Positions 1-9,955 of a stretch of DNA of 58,554 bases are shown in pieces (position 1 is the first letter of the stretch; each line of letters opens with the position of its first letter). The position numbers and the translations under genes were made by a program. Under the pieces are notes generated by a model, which was given only the letters and a program-made list of their open reading frames with translations, had not been told where the DNA came from and did not search any database. The stretch lies in sequence record PV596763.1; one strand, written 5' to 3'. The stretch is from Pseudomonas phage E21.

Positions 1-1128
1 TAACGATGCTGCGATGTGGCGTAGTAACGACTCCTCAAAGTCCGTGCCGATCCCGCCGGGAGTCCCCATCGGTTTTAAGTTCAACTTAGTGCCGGGCATT
101 AAATGCGGGATCTTGGCGCCGTCGATTTCCATGTTTTTAGCAGTCGCGTAGTACGATGCTGCGTTCGTCATCATCTCATGGATAATCTCGCCGAACGGAC
201 GTTGCCCTAAACCTAACTGAGCGTAAACGGCTTCCGGTGGTAGCTCCGACTCAATCGCGGCTGCATACGAGGCATTGATTACCGCGTTTTGTAGCGTTAT
301 CTCCTGAAAGTTCTTAGTCATTCTAATGGTCTTCAATGCTGCAACCATGTCTGAGATACCGCGATTTTGGTGCGGGAGAATTTGCTCCATGATGTGAATA
401 ACTTGTCGACGTCCCCACGGCTTACGTGATGGGACATATCTCCACATTTGATTCTCACCGTTGATTAAACTCTCTCCCGGGAAACTGTTTTGAATGTAGT
501 ACCCGATTGGTCGTCCGAACGCATCGACATGAACACCTCCTCGAATATTTTTCGTGTTGGCCGAGTTATTCGGGTTGCTCAGTCTATGCGGGCTAATCAT
601 TTGAATGGCCGTATTGAAAGGACGACCTGCGGTTCTTGACCATTCTGCCGATGCCAATACTTCACCGGAAATCAGCGCTTGGGCCACCGCGAGGCGAACC
701 AAGCCGGTAAAAGAATTGCGTCGTGTGACATCAAACCAGTTTTCCGTTGAGTCAGCAGCCACGTTGAATTTAGACTCTACGACGTCTTGAAACTCCTCCT
801 CCCACGCTTCGGCGTCAGCTCCTTTTAGTCCTAGCGCGGACAAATTCGGCTTAGCGTTTAGCATGTATTGAGAGCCGACGATATTATCTCGATGTATCGA
901 TACGGCACCGGACGCAAAACCGTCATTCTGGATAACGTTTTGAACCCGGGCGTCGGCTAATTCTTTTTGTCCGCCGTCTAATTCCTGATCCGGAGAGACG
1001 ATTGCGGGCGTCCAGCGATACATTTCTCGCGAGTTTCGCTGAGCACCCTCATAACCGCCTTGTGCTTTAACCTCCGGGGGATTGTTCGCACTTCTCGCGA
1101 CAAGTTCCTTGATTGATTTCATGCTCAT
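1..1128 (-). CDS. portal protein, lambda gpB-like (N-terminal 376 codons; ORF runs off window start)
   Basis: ATG at 1126-1128 (minus) overlaps TAA of upstream gpW-like gene (TAATG). Translation MSMKSIKELVARSANNPPEVKAQGGYEG...HIAASL is open to nt 1 with no stop, so it is absent from the supplied ORF track. Sits after terminase and W-like genes as in lambda. Confidence 0.8.
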   Translation of the reverse strand, partial: MSMKSIKELVARSANNPPEVKAQGGYEGAQRNSREMYRWTPAIVSPDQELDGGQKELADARVQNVIQNDGFASGAVSIHRDNIVGSQYMLNAKPNLSALGLKGADAEAWEEEFQDVVESKFNVAADSTENWFDVTRRNSFTGLVRLAVAQALISGEVLASAEWSRTAGRPFNTAIQMISPHRLSNPNNSANTKNIRGGVHVDAFGRPIGYYIQNSFPGESLINGENQMWRYVPSRKPWGRRQVIHIMEQILPHQNRGISDMVAALKTIRMTKNFQEITLQNAVINASYAAAIESELPPEAVYAQLGLGQRPFGEIIHEMMTNAASYYATAKNMEIDGAKIPHLMPGTKLNLKPMGTPGGIGTDFEESLLRHIAASL

Positions 1129-1403
1129 TAGAATAACGCCCCTAGTGGTGCGGAAATTGACCCGAAGCCGACACCGCAATTACAGATCGGGTCGTTCGGG
1201 GCTAATTGGCAAATCTGGCGTTGTAGCCCGGTGAGATACGCAAGTAGGCTCTGACGGTTAGCTGCGGTGAATTCAACACGCTCGCTATTTTGGTCGACAA
1301 ACACTCGGCCAGACACCCCGATTTGTAAATCGTGATATGCTCGGCTCGCTTCAACATATCGCTGTTTTAATACTGCGAGAGTTTCATCGCATGGACGGCT
1401 CAT
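1128..1403 (-). CDS. head-tail joining / head completion protein, lambda gpW-like
   Basis: 91 aa. Segment GRVFVDQNSERVEFTAANRQSLLAY resembles the gpW RRVEFTATSVSDL block (from memory). Lies between the terminase large subunit and portal. Confidence 0.55.
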   Translation of the reverse strand: MSRPCDETLAVLKQRYVEASRAYHDLQIGVSGRVFVDQNSERVEFTAANRQSLLAYLTGLQRQICQLAPNDPICNCGVGFGSISAPLGALF

Positions 1404-1415
1404 TTTATTACCTCT

Positions 1416-3491
1416 CTATCCTAATAGTTCACCTAAACGGCTAAAGTCTAACATCGGTCGAGGTTGAAAGGCGAATGGTTTTTCTTCCTCGGGTTCCCTG
1501 ACCATCGTATTATTATCCCATTCCTCCGCCCACGTTGGGGGGTTGTCCCAATTTATCGACTCTACTCGTAATAACTCAGGAGACGTACAAAGGCCCAAAC
1601 AGTAGTAGCTTAAGTCCCATGCTTCGTTTCGGGCTTGCGCTAAATTTTCCCAACCTTTTGCGGTTCTCGTTTCGGCGCATAGCTCTGAGAAAAATTCGTC
1701 CGGCAATTCCCTCGTCATATTATAATAGCCCTTGTGAGGCTCAATACAATCTAGTCGACCGTTTAATGCGTCTTTCAACAAGTTAGAGTTTAAGAATAAT
1801 ACCGGGATTTCTCCTCTAGCTGCATTCTTATCGTTTTTCCGGTTAGAGTCCGGATAGCTAATGCGGGTTCTCGGGTCTGTTACTCGTGTGCCACCTTTTA
1901 ATAAGATGAAGCGAGCATGTTTATTCTTTGTCTTCAAATATCGATAGAACGCGTATGCCATGCCGGTTACGCCAGATTTACCCCCGGAGTCACAACCGGT
2001 CATCTTAATTGACATCATTCTACCGCTACCGTCTGACAGCGGATACTCTTTATCTATTACCTGTTTTTCGATTAGTTTCCAGTCTTCTTCGTATGTCGCC
2101 GGCTGTAAGATCATTGCGTCGCCGTCTTCGTCCTTACGCTCCGACTTATTGATGAAAAACCGGTCGATAACATGTGTGTCATACGGTGAACCCGGGGAAA
2201 TACCGAACACCTGTACTACGAAGCTATTCAATTGAACGTCTATCGTTGCTACGAGGAAACGAACGTCATTCGGAACCATGCCTAGCGGGTAATCTGATGA
2301 CCGGCTTTTCAGTGCTTCCGGTGCGCGGACTGACTCTAACGACTTAGGCTGATACGGCTCGCCCATGTTGTTATTCCAGAATTTCTTCAAGGCTTCTTCT
2401 GAGTAAGTCCGTTGATATTCGTCAAGAGCATCGAGGTAGATGTTTACCAGTTTTTGCCATGTTGTAAAGGCGGCTGCCGTACCACGGAGCCAATAAGAAA
2501 TGAAGTCGGTATGAGGGGCTTTACCCGTAAGTCTCCCGCTCTTATCAACTTTACAACCCTCCGGAACCCACACGCCGAATAAATTCATTTCAAAGCGTTC
2601 GTCGGGGTGGATCAAACAACCACATTCCGGGCATACCATTTGTACGGTTTCTGCTTTCTCTCGGTTTGATAGCTGTTTTCCGTTATCCCACGTTAAATGC
2701 TCGAATTTCCCCTCGAAATATTCGTCACAGTGAGGGCACGGCCATTGCCAACGTCGTCTATCGCCACGGTTGTAAAGCGCAATAATACCGGTACACGGCG
2801 GAGCCTCATGCGGTGACTTAGCTATCCAGTGCGGATCAAGAATCTCTCTCGACGGGGACGATTCGGCCATAGTCATAGCAAACGAACCAAAGGTTGTTGT
2901 ACGCTGTGTTGCCAAGTCGAAAGGATTACCATCACCGCCGATATCGTCGTCCATACGGTCAAAGTCGGTCATCAATATTCTTGGAACCGGTCGTCCGGCC
3001 AATTCGGTTACGGTCGGGTATGTAATAGTTAACATCATACCGGTAATGTATTGTTTATCGAATTTGTTATCGGTATCTCGACCTTTCAGTAATTGCTCAC
3101 CGATTAACGGGCTGTGTCGGTGAAGACGATCAATACGTCGCATAGAAAAGTCTCGGGCTGCTGCCATTGTCGGACAGAATACCATTGTATCCATCGGTGA
3201 GACTTTGATTGAGTATGACACGCCGTTGATAATTATCGCGTCGGTTTTACCTGACTGTGCCGGGCCTACAAACGCCATTTTGCTATGATTGCGAGAAGTT
3301 AATACGTCCATAGGTTCGACCATATACGGCGTAGTTGTATTCAACCACGGGCCTACATACGACCCGGGAGAATTTACATATCGATATTGAGATGCTGCAT
3401 TAGAAACGGTCAGCCTTTCCGGAGGTCGTAAGTTATCTGACATCTTGACCGCGATCTCAAAGAGATTTTTGTATTTAGCCATTCTTGCCAC
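1416..3491 (-). CDS. terminase large subunit, lambda gpA family
   Basis: 691 aa. Walker A FVGPAQSGKTD near the N-terminus. Overlaps the upstream small-subunit gene by 17 nt. Followed by W-like and portal genes. Confidence 0.85.
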   Translation of the reverse strand: MARMAKYKNLFEIAVKMSDNLRPPERLTVSNAASQYRYVNSPGSYVGPWLNTTTPYMVEPMDVLTSRNHSKMAFVGPAQSGKTDAIIINGVSYSIKVSPMDTMVFCPTMAAARDFSMRRIDRLHRHSPLIGEQLLKGRDTDNKFDKQYITGMMLTITYPTVTELAGRPVPRILMTDFDRMDDDIGGDGNPFDLATQRTTTFGSFAMTMAESSPSREILDPHWIAKSPHEAPPCTGIIALYNRGDRRRWQWPCPHCDEYFEGKFEHLTWDNGKQLSNREKAETVQMVCPECGCLIHPDERFEMNLFGVWVPEGCKVDKSGRLTGKAPHTDFISYWLRGTAAAFTTWQKLVNIYLDALDEYQRTYSEEALKKFWNNNMGEPYQPKSLESVRAPEALKSRSSDYPLGMVPNDVRFLVATIDVQLNSFVVQVFGISPGSPYDTHVIDRFFINKSERKDEDGDAMILQPATYEEDWKLIEKQVIDKEYPLSDGSGRMMSIKMTGCDSGGKSGVTGMAYAFYRYLKTKNKHARFILLKGGTRVTDPRTRISYPDSNRKNDKNAARGEIPVLFLNSNLLKDALNGRLDCIEPHKGYYNMTRELPDEFFSELCAETRTAKGWENLAQARNEAWDLSYYCLGLCTSPELLRVESINWDNPPTWAEEWDNNTMVREPEEEKPFAFQPRPMLDFSRLGELLG

Positions 3492-4059
3492 CTACGGTAC
3501 TCTCTTTGACTTCCGTCTTAGCCCGGTCTCCGAATGCGTCAACGAGTGTTTGCGCCATCTCATTTAGCGCGCCGTCTATCATCTCAGTAATGCGGGTTCT
3601 TTGATGATCGGTAAGGGTAGATTCACGCTCCAGTGAGTCCGTTACTAAGAGTAATGACATGCGTAAGTGTTTAAAAGACTCCGACATTAGCGCTTCTACT
3701 TGATCGGTAGGCCATAACTCACCCTCTCGTAGTTCGTAGTCCTGCTTAGCTTTCATGCCGTTCCAGAACTCTTTAGAAAGCATTTTAGGAAGCTCGTTAG
3801 GGTGCATTCGCTTTATGTAGGTTTCGACATCATACAGGGGCTTTACTAGGTATGGCGCCACTTCATTTAATTTGTAAATCGGATACCCGCCTCGTTCTCC
3901 GCAAGGAGGAACTTCTCGGATCTTGGGCGTAACGTCTCTACGCTCCATGTTAAATATCTTTGCGATCTGAGTGATGTTAACCCCGTCGAAGATCATCGAC
4001 TCGGATTCACGGTCTAGCTGATTGCTACGACGTCTCGTTGTTACCGGTGCCTTTGCCAT
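3475..4059 (-). CDS. terminase small subunit, Nu1-like (N-terminal HTH)
   Basis: 194 aa immediately upstream of and overlapping the large terminase. HTH-like ITQIAKIFNMERRDV followed by YPIYKLNEVAPYLV, reminiscent of the Nu1 N-terminal domain. Confidence 0.5.
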   Translation of the reverse strand: MAKAPVTTRRRSNQLDRESESMIFDGVNITQIAKIFNMERRDVTPKIREVPPCGERGGYPIYKLNEVAPYLVKPLYDVETYIKRMHPNELPKMLSKEFWNGMKAKQDYELREGELWPTDQVEALMSESFKHLRMSLLLVTDSLERESTLTDHQRTRITEMIDGALNEMAQTLVDAFGDRAKTEVKESTVGGKNG

Positions 4060-4061
4060 AA

Positions 4062-5585
4062 CTAAACTTCCTTTTTCATCGCTTTTCTGAGATCACGTAA
4101 GGTCTTCAAGGCCCAATCTTGGTTTTCTTCCTTACGTCTCAGATTGTTATAAACGTGGCGGTCGGCTAGTTGGACTGTTCGGCCATCTTCATTTGTTCCG
4201 ACCGCAACTAAGTGGTGTACTGTTACTCGGTGCTTTTGACCTTGCCTATCGAGCCGTCCGATAAATTGGTCATAGTTCTCGAACGAGTACGGAATGTCAT
4301 AGAAAAGAATTGTATGTCCGCCCCGCTGTAAATTCAAGCCGTGCCCTGCACTTTGAGGGTGTGCCATGTAAACTTTTATTCGCCCCGCGTTCCATTGTTT
4401 TATGTTATTTCCGTCTTTATCCATCTCGACTATATCCGGGAATCGGGCTAATATTCTTTCTCGTGATGACCGAAAGTGATACCCAAGGAAAACATTCTTT
4501 CCGGCTTCCTTTGCTTCTTCCAGAAACACTTCGAGCGCGTCTAGTTTCTCCTCGTGGATATCATAGATGTCGGTCTTCCTTATCGGCTCCTCGTTCTCAT
4601 CTATCCCGTCATAGTACGTGTTGTAAATAACACCGGAGCACATTTGTAGCAGTTTCAACGCGAGTATCGCTGCCGATTGCGCTTCCACTATGACGTTTTC
4701 CGCTTCGGGTATCATCATGACTAAATTCTTTTGGAAGTCGAAATACTCCTTGGTGATCTTCTTATTGAGTTTTACCGGGATCACCTTTGGCTCATACGGT
4801 ACTCGATCGAGATAGTCTTCTGCTCGCATAACTACGCATATGTCTTTTATCTTTTCTAAGATACGCATCTCCGTATCTTCTCTCGGCTTGATGCTGTGGT
4901 TATACGGGTTGTACTCGAAGTATTTATCCCTAAACTTATTGAAGCTACGGCCGAACCGTTTACCGTAATCAAGTAAATATATTTGAGAAAAGAACGAAGT
5001 AAACCCCTCGCCATTTGGGGTGGCCGTCAACTCGATTAGTCGTTTTATCCTCGGTCTGACTTTTGTTAAGTCCTTAAACCGCTTAGATTTGTGAGACTTA
5101 AAGGAACTCGACTCGTCTATGACCACCATATCGAACGGCCACTTGCCTTTGTAATAGTTTACTAGCCAGCTTACATTCTCTCGGTTTATGGATACGATAG
5201 GACTATTGCTATTTAGTACCGCTAATCTTTCCTTGGGTGTTCCGACTGCCGGCGTAACTTTATACCCACATAGATGACCCCACTCCATGAATTCGTCCGG
5301 CCATGTTACTTTAGCCACCCTACGAGGGCCTATAATGAGAACTCTATCTACTTCAAAGTTATCTAGTAAGTCGGCGATCAGCGTTCCGGTTATTACGGTT
5401 TTGCCTATACCCATTTCGAGGAATAATCCGCAGAATGGAATGTCATGCGCAAGTTGTCGGGCTTCAACTTGATACTCGTGTAAGTCTTCCCGTTGTCTTT
5501 CAACAAGTTTTCTACCTTTCCTGATTTCTTCAAGTAGGTTAACTTTAGTCTTCCCAACCGTACGTTTCGAGGATTTCTTTCGCAT
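4062..5585 (-). CDS. SNF2-family DNA helicase/translocase
   Basis: 507 aa. P-loop LEMGIGKTV, DExx-like MVVIDESS, helicase motif VI QFIGRLDRQGQ. Confidence 0.8.
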   Translation of the reverse strand: MRKKSSKRTVGKTKVNLLEEIRKGRKLVERQREDLHEYQVEARQLAHDIPFCGLFLEMGIGKTVITGTLIADLLDNFEVDRVLIIGPRRVAKVTWPDEFMEWGHLCGYKVTPAVGTPKERLAVLNSNSPIVSINRENVSWLVNYYKGKWPFDMVVIDESSSFKSHKSKRFKDLTKVRPRIKRLIELTATPNGEGFTSFFSQIYLLDYGKRFGRSFNKFRDKYFEYNPYNHSIKPREDTEMRILEKIKDICVVMRAEDYLDRVPYEPKVIPVKLNKKITKEYFDFQKNLVMMIPEAENVIVEAQSAAILALKLLQMCSGVIYNTYYDGIDENEEPIRKTDIYDIHEEKLDALEVFLEEAKEAGKNVFLGYHFRSSRERILARFPDIVEMDKDGNNIKQWNAGRIKVYMAHPQSAGHGLNLQRGGHTILFYDIPYSFENYDQFIGRLDRQGQKHRVTVHHLVAVGTNEDGRTVQLADRHVYNNLRRKEENQDWALKTLRDLRKAMKKEV

Positions 5586-5832
5586 CGTTTAAATTATCCA
5601 CCCAATATACTAAAGCCCCGTAGCGCTTCATCTCGGCCATGCGTAATTCTTGTTGCTTCGACGGCTTCTCTCCGGGGCGTTTGATTTCGATAAAAACTAC
5701 AAAACTGTTTTTAATGAATATCCGGTCTGGTACGCCTCGTTTACCGGGGCTAGTAAATTTAGAAACCCACCAGCCACGGGCCAAAGCGTATTTTCGGATA
5801 TCCGATTCGACTTTGCTCTCTCTAACAGTCAT
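5545..5832 (-). CDS. VRR-NUC domain nuclease
   Basis: 95 aa. PD-(D/E)XK-like core GVPDRIFI...FIEIKRPGEKPSKQQ typical of VRR-NUC. Commonly paired with SNF2 helicases in phages. Its 3' end overlaps the helicase start by about 13 codons. Confidence 0.65.
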   Translation of the reverse strand: MTVRESKVESDIRKYALARGWWVSKFTSPGKRGVPDRIFIKNSFVVFIEIKRPGEKPSKQQELRMAEMKRYGALVYWVDNLNDAKEILETYGWED

Positions 5833-7865
5833 TAATCTTTACGGTAAAAATACCCCTCCCACCCTGCTGCTCCTAATGGTAGTCCCGGCGCCCACGGTAT
5901 CGGTGCTACCATACAATCAATGAGGTCGTCTAGCCCTAACAGGTCATCTTCGTCGACTTCCGTTATGATTTCATCGTGAACGTGGAATACGATATCGAAA
6001 CCTATTTCTTCCGCATTAAACATGCCGTTTACTAGGACATCTCTTGCTATGGCTTGAACGATATTCTCAATCAACTTCCCGCCATGCGTGGTTTGAACAC
6101 CCCAACCGCCTTGATCTTTTTTACCCTCGTACATTATTTCTTGACGAGTGTACGTCTCACCTCTGCGGTTCTTGTAGGTGTTTGTTACTAAGCGTGGACG
6201 GTAGTAATAAAGTTTTCTCCCCGATGGCAACTTAATCCATAAGAACGGTTTTTTAAACCCGAATACTAACGATCTCCATCTGGTTGTCTTGTGCGTCTTA
6301 ATGGTGGTTTTTACGCAATCTTCAAGTTTATACCAACCGTCAACAATCTCAGGGCACAACTCTCGGAATGCGTCTACCGAAGCGTGAGCCTCCTCCTGTG
6401 TTAGCATGACTCCCATGTTTTCACCGTACCCCCAAAGTCCGGTTTTCTTACCGTCAATAAGTTCGCCACCGCCTAGTCGATATCCGCAACCTAGGGTGGC
6501 CGGTTTTGCCTTTCCTCGGAATGGGAGGGTGTCTTCGTAAGGAATTTTTAGCCATGCTGATGCGAATGCGCGATATAGGTCTTTTTTAGCCCGTAAGGTA
6601 TCTAGGAACCACTTACAGCCGGTAAGCCAACCTATTACTACCGATTCAATTGATGACAAGTCCGCTACAACGAATCGACGACCTACCGTTGGGATTAGTG
6701 CGGATCGTAGTAGCCCCGGCAACATATCCATGGGTTCGCCAGCAAAAACATTCAACGCCCACATGTCTTGATCGAGAACTAACTTCTTCGCGATTTCCGT
6801 AGCTTCAACGTCTTCAAGTATCTTCGGTGTTCTTACGAAGTTGTGAGTTTGTAAGCCACGCCCGGCGAATCGTCCGGTTCGAGAACCCCCGTAGCATTGA
6901 ATTGTACCGCGTACCCTACCATCGTCATTTTCGATATCTAACATTTTGTTGTATTTCTTTAGCGACGTTTTGTTAGATTTACGACGAAGTTTAAGTACGC
7001 GACATGCTTTTTCTGTAATTCCATTATCCGGGTACTCATTTATGACTTTTTTCACGGTGTCAGCTAATAGGTCATTGAACGGGTACCCCTCTTGTTGTAG
7101 CCACGCTAGTAGTTGTTTCTGAGACCCGGGGTTGTCTAAGCCTGTGATTTCTCGCATTTCGTCGATAATCTGTGGCTTGCGTGTCTCGGCCATCTTTATT
7201 GCTGCTTCGATGAAGTCGTTATCAATATTTATTCCGCGATCATTGATTTTCTGGTCTAAGGCGTAAACTTCCCACTCGAATTCGATCATGTCATACTTGA
7301 TGTCACTCAGACGGCGGTCGATATTTTCTTCGGCTATAACGTCTTGTCGACAATAGGCTCCGAATGCTTCCCATTCTTCCGGGTGTGATTCCGCATCGTG
7401 TCTTGTACTTTTGTCGAGTTTAGTTGGCTTTCTTGGTTTACAAAATTTCTGGATTAGGCGTTTACCTGCTGCGTCTTTTGCTTTATCCCCTTTAAACCCT
7501 AGGGCCTTGCCGACCATGGCTAGGTTTCCTGTAAAACCTCTGTGGTAGGCAGCCACCATCGTACAACGCCAGACGTCATAGGGGGTGTCGATCCCTAGGA
7601 CGTGTTTAGTGATCAACCGCTCAAACTGAGCGTTGAATGCCCGTTTTATGATGTTATCGTCGCGCAAATATGCCTTTAACTCGTCTAGGTCTTCCTCGGG
7701 CATTGTGTTGTCCCAAAACCCGATTTCGTCCGAGTCAGTAAACTTCCAAGCGACCATTAAAATTTCAGTAGATGGGTGCTGTGCGTACTTGTGGGCGCCA
7801 ACTTTCGTTAGGTCAAGCTCACTATATGTTTCGTAGTCAAATCTTAACGTTCTTTTCGATTCCAC
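5832..7865 (-). CDS. DNA polymerase, family A (Pol I-like) with 3'-5' exonuclease domain
   Basis: 677 aa. GTG start with GAGGAG 9 nt upstream. Exo I-like FDYETYS, motif A-like VVADLSSIES, motif B-like K..LGCGYRLGGG, motif C VHDE. Confidence 0.85.
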   Translation of the reverse strand: MESKRTLRFDYETYSELDLTKVGAHKYAQHPSTEILMVAWKFTDSDEIGFWDNTMPEEDLDELKAYLRDDNIIKRAFNAQFERLITKHVLGIDTPYDVWRCTMVAAYHRGFTGNLAMVGKALGFKGDKAKDAAGKRLIQKFCKPRKPTKLDKSTRHDAESHPEEWEAFGAYCRQDVIAEENIDRRLSDIKYDMIEFEWEVYALDQKINDRGINIDNDFIEAAIKMAETRKPQIIDEMREITGLDNPGSQKQLLAWLQQEGYPFNDLLADTVKKVINEYPDNGITEKACRVLKLRRKSNKTSLKKYNKMLDIENDDGRVRGTIQCYGGSRTGRFAGRGLQTHNFVRTPKILEDVEATEIAKKLVLDQDMWALNVFAGEPMDMLPGLLRSALIPTVGRRFVVADLSSIESVVIGWLTGCKWFLDTLRAKKDLYRAFASAWLKIPYEDTLPFRGKAKPATLGCGYRLGGGELIDGKKTGLWGYGENMGVMLTQEEAHASVDAFRELCPEIVDGWYKLEDCVKTTIKTHKTTRWRSLVFGFKKPFLWIKLPSGRKLYYYRPRLVTNTYKNRRGETYTRQEIMYEGKKDQGGWGVQTTHGGKLIENIVQAIARDVLVNGMFNAEEIGFDIVFHVHDEIITEVDEDDLLGLDDLIDCMVAPIPWAPGLPLGAAGWEGYFYRKD

Positions 7866-7886
7866 GGTCTGCTATCTCCTCAATAC

Positions 7887-7928
7887 AAAAAAGGCCCCTA
7901 TTACGGAGCCTTGAACGGGGTGAACCCC
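7887..7928 (-). terminator. intrinsic terminator(s) between SSB-like gene and DNA polymerase
   Basis: Minus-strand hairpin ggctccgtaataggggcc (6-bp stem with one G-U) followed by a U6 run. A second hairpin ggggttcacccc overlaps the SSB-like stop. Confidence 0.5.
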
Positions 7929-7929
7929 T

Positions 7930-8535
7930 TTAGATGTCGTCGTCTTCGTCTTCACCCCATTCGTCTTCGTCGTCCCACGCTTCGGAATCATCGATTCTTT
8001 CTGCTCCGAACGGCTCGCCGTCTTTGATGAATTTGATTGAACGGAGGTTAGCGTTAACTCGTTTTCCGTACTTGTTATCCTGAACCCAAAGACCAATCAA
8101 GGCACTAACATAGCAACCGCCGTATAGGATTTCCTCGATATCGTCTACGTCGATTTCTTCTTTGTCAGCATCTCGACAAACAGGACGTTTCTTTTCTCGG
8201 GCGGAGATAACAAACATATTTTCACATTCGGGTTTATCCGAAAATTCTTCGTCGCCATCTTTGATGAAATACTTCGATGATGGGACTTTCACTTTTGCGT
8301 TTTTCGCTGTTTTCGCTGCTAAATCTTTTAAGACTTCGGCTGTTTCAGAATGAATGTCCTTGTCTAATAAGAATGTAGCACCGAACTTTTTACTGCCGTC
8401 ATCACCCTCTTGTGGTGTTGCTAAGTGCGGGTATGACAAGCGAACGTTATCAATTCGGACGTGTCCGTCTTCATAGATTACAGCTACGGTTTTACCTTCA
8501 TGTTTAATACGTTTTACTGGTTTAAGTTTTGCCAT
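7930..8535 (-). CDS. ssDNA-binding protein candidate (DUF2815 / T7 gp2.5-like architecture) with acidic C-terminal tail
   Basis: 201 aa. C-terminus AWDDEDEWGEDEDDDI as in gp2.5-type SSBs. Sits next to a DUF2800-like nuclease, a known pairing. Confidence 0.45.
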   Translation of the reverse strand: MAKLKPVKRIKHEGKTVAVIYEDGHVRIDNVRLSYPHLATPQEGDDGSKKFGATFLLDKDIHSETAEVLKDLAAKTAKNAKVKVPSSKYFIKDGDEEFSDKPECENMFVISAREKKRPVCRDADKEEIDVDDIEEILYGGCYVSALIGLWVQDNKYGKRVNANLRSIKFIKDGEPFGAERIDDSEAWDDEDEWGEDEDDDI

Positions 8536-8566
8536 TTTCCGGTTTACCTATTTATCGATTTTCGGT

Positions 8567-9895
8567 TTAATCGTCCCAAACTTCTTGATACTTCTCGTTT
8601 AGGTCTTTTCGTGGGTCGTCCTCTGTAACTAACGTCGGTTCGCCCGGTTTTGTAAAAGTCAGGTCAGACAAGATGCTTTTAACAACCTCTTTATCATATC
8701 CTAGCTTTTTCAATAGTGTTTCGGCCTGTTTCGGGGATATCATCTTTGTGGGGTTTATTTGACTTTCGTCTAGCCCTACAAATTCTAGTTCTTCCGTGGC
8801 CGTGGACTCCTCAACAAACTGCCGAGTCCCTCTTTTCGCTACCATCTTCAAGCCTTTTATCGGCTTGCCGTCCATGATCCGTTTTGATGCTGCTTTCTCA
8901 ACATCTTTGAACCACTTCTCTATCGGCTTGCGATGTGGGTATATTAACGAAATTTCCTCCCATGTCAATAGGGAAGTCTCTTTTAATTGTAAATTTAGTT
9001 CTTCTCTGAGGAGATCTTTTATACTTGCCATGTCGTCCGCCGAGTATCCGAATGGGTTAGGGCTGTACCTGCCGTTCTTGAGATCTAGTATTCTTGCGAA
9101 GTTCGCCGGGCATTTGTAGGATATCTTACACCACTCGCAAGCCTTTTCACTTGGGTAACGTAGAGCGTCCATACTCCACGCTTCTTTGGTGGCTTTTTTC
9201 ACTCGCTCCCCGAAAGCGATAATCTCCGCACGGGTCATCTTAAACCGGCCAAAATTATATTTTCTCGGTTGACAGATACGGATCTCTATATCTTCGAAGT
9301 GATACTTTTCGTCGAACTCTCTAAAGAATCCGTATGCGTACAATTTCAATTGAGTATTGTCGTCAGTAGAAACGTGAATGAATTGCCCGTATTTCAAATC
9401 GGTTATGATTAATTTACCGGGTTGGCATACAGCGTGGTCACACGTACCGCCTTGTCGGATAAACTTAATCGGGCTTTCATCTTCCCCGTTTAGCTCGTCT
9501 GCGTCCGGGTTGGCGATCGGCATTAAGTCCGTGAACCACACTTTAGTTTCTACAAACTGATCGCCTTTGTTCTCACCGCACATCTTAATGTATTCTTGAA
9601 GATACTCGAACATTTCGTTGTCGACCGGGATCTCGAATCGATTTCCGTTCTCCTCGTGTATCTGAATCGTATTTAATAAGTGGTCAGGCCTGTTACCTGT
9701 TCTCAACCACTCCTCAGCAATAGCGTGGGCGACGGTTCCCTCGGCTGCCTCGAACCCGGCTGAGTCTACCTCCAAGATGCTAGGTATTAGCGATCCGGGA
9801 CAATTCATCCAAGTTGCTGAGTAAGACGGTGCGAATATCGAATGCCCGTCGTTTTCGCAAGCCAACATAAGCCTATGTAAAAATGATTTATCCAT
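8567..9895 (-). CDS. PD-(D/E)XK nuclease with Cas4-like cysteine cluster (DUF2800-like recombination exonuclease)
   Basis: Start revised from the track's TTG at 9931 to ATG at 9893-9895, preceded by AGAGGTAG. The track ORF reads through the terminator. Motifs D...ITDLKYG (D/E-x-K) and C-terminal CEWCKISYKC (C-x2-C-x5-C). Confidence 0.6.
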   Translation of the reverse strand: MDKSFLHRLMLACENDGHSIFAPSYSATWMNCPGSLIPSILEVDSAGFEAAEGTVAHAIAEEWLRTGNRPDHLLNTIQIHEENGNRFEIPVDNEMFEYLQEYIKMCGENKGDQFVETKVWFTDLMPIANPDADELNGEDESPIKFIRQGGTCDHAVCQPGKLIITDLKYGQFIHVSTDDNTQLKLYAYGFFREFDEKYHFEDIEIRICQPRKYNFGRFKMTRAEIIAFGERVKKATKEAWSMDALRYPSEKACEWCKISYKCPANFARILDLKNGRYSPNPFGYSADDMASIKDLLREELNLQLKETSLLTWEEISLIYPHRKPIEKWFKDVEKAASKRIMDGKPIKGLKMVAKRGTRQFVEESTATEELEFVGLDESQINPTKMISPKQAETLLKKLGYDKEVVKSILSDLTFTKPGEPTLVTEDDPRKDLNEKYQEVWDD

Positions 9896-9909
9896 ACTAC
9901 CTCTAATAC

Positions 9910-9935
9910 AAAAAAGGGACTGCCTTAGCAATCCC
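9910..9935 (-). terminator. intrinsic terminator between acidic protein gene and nuclease
   Basis: Minus-strand hairpin gggattgctaaggcagtccc (8-bp stem, one G-U) followed by U6. Shares the flanking sequence AATACAAAAAAGG with the terminator at 7887. Confidence 0.55.
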
Positions 9936-9955
9936 TCTCATTCTGTTAGTTTATA

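Noticed and set aside
605-790. 61-aa plus ORF at the window start
   Set aside because: Antisense to the portal N-terminal coding region.
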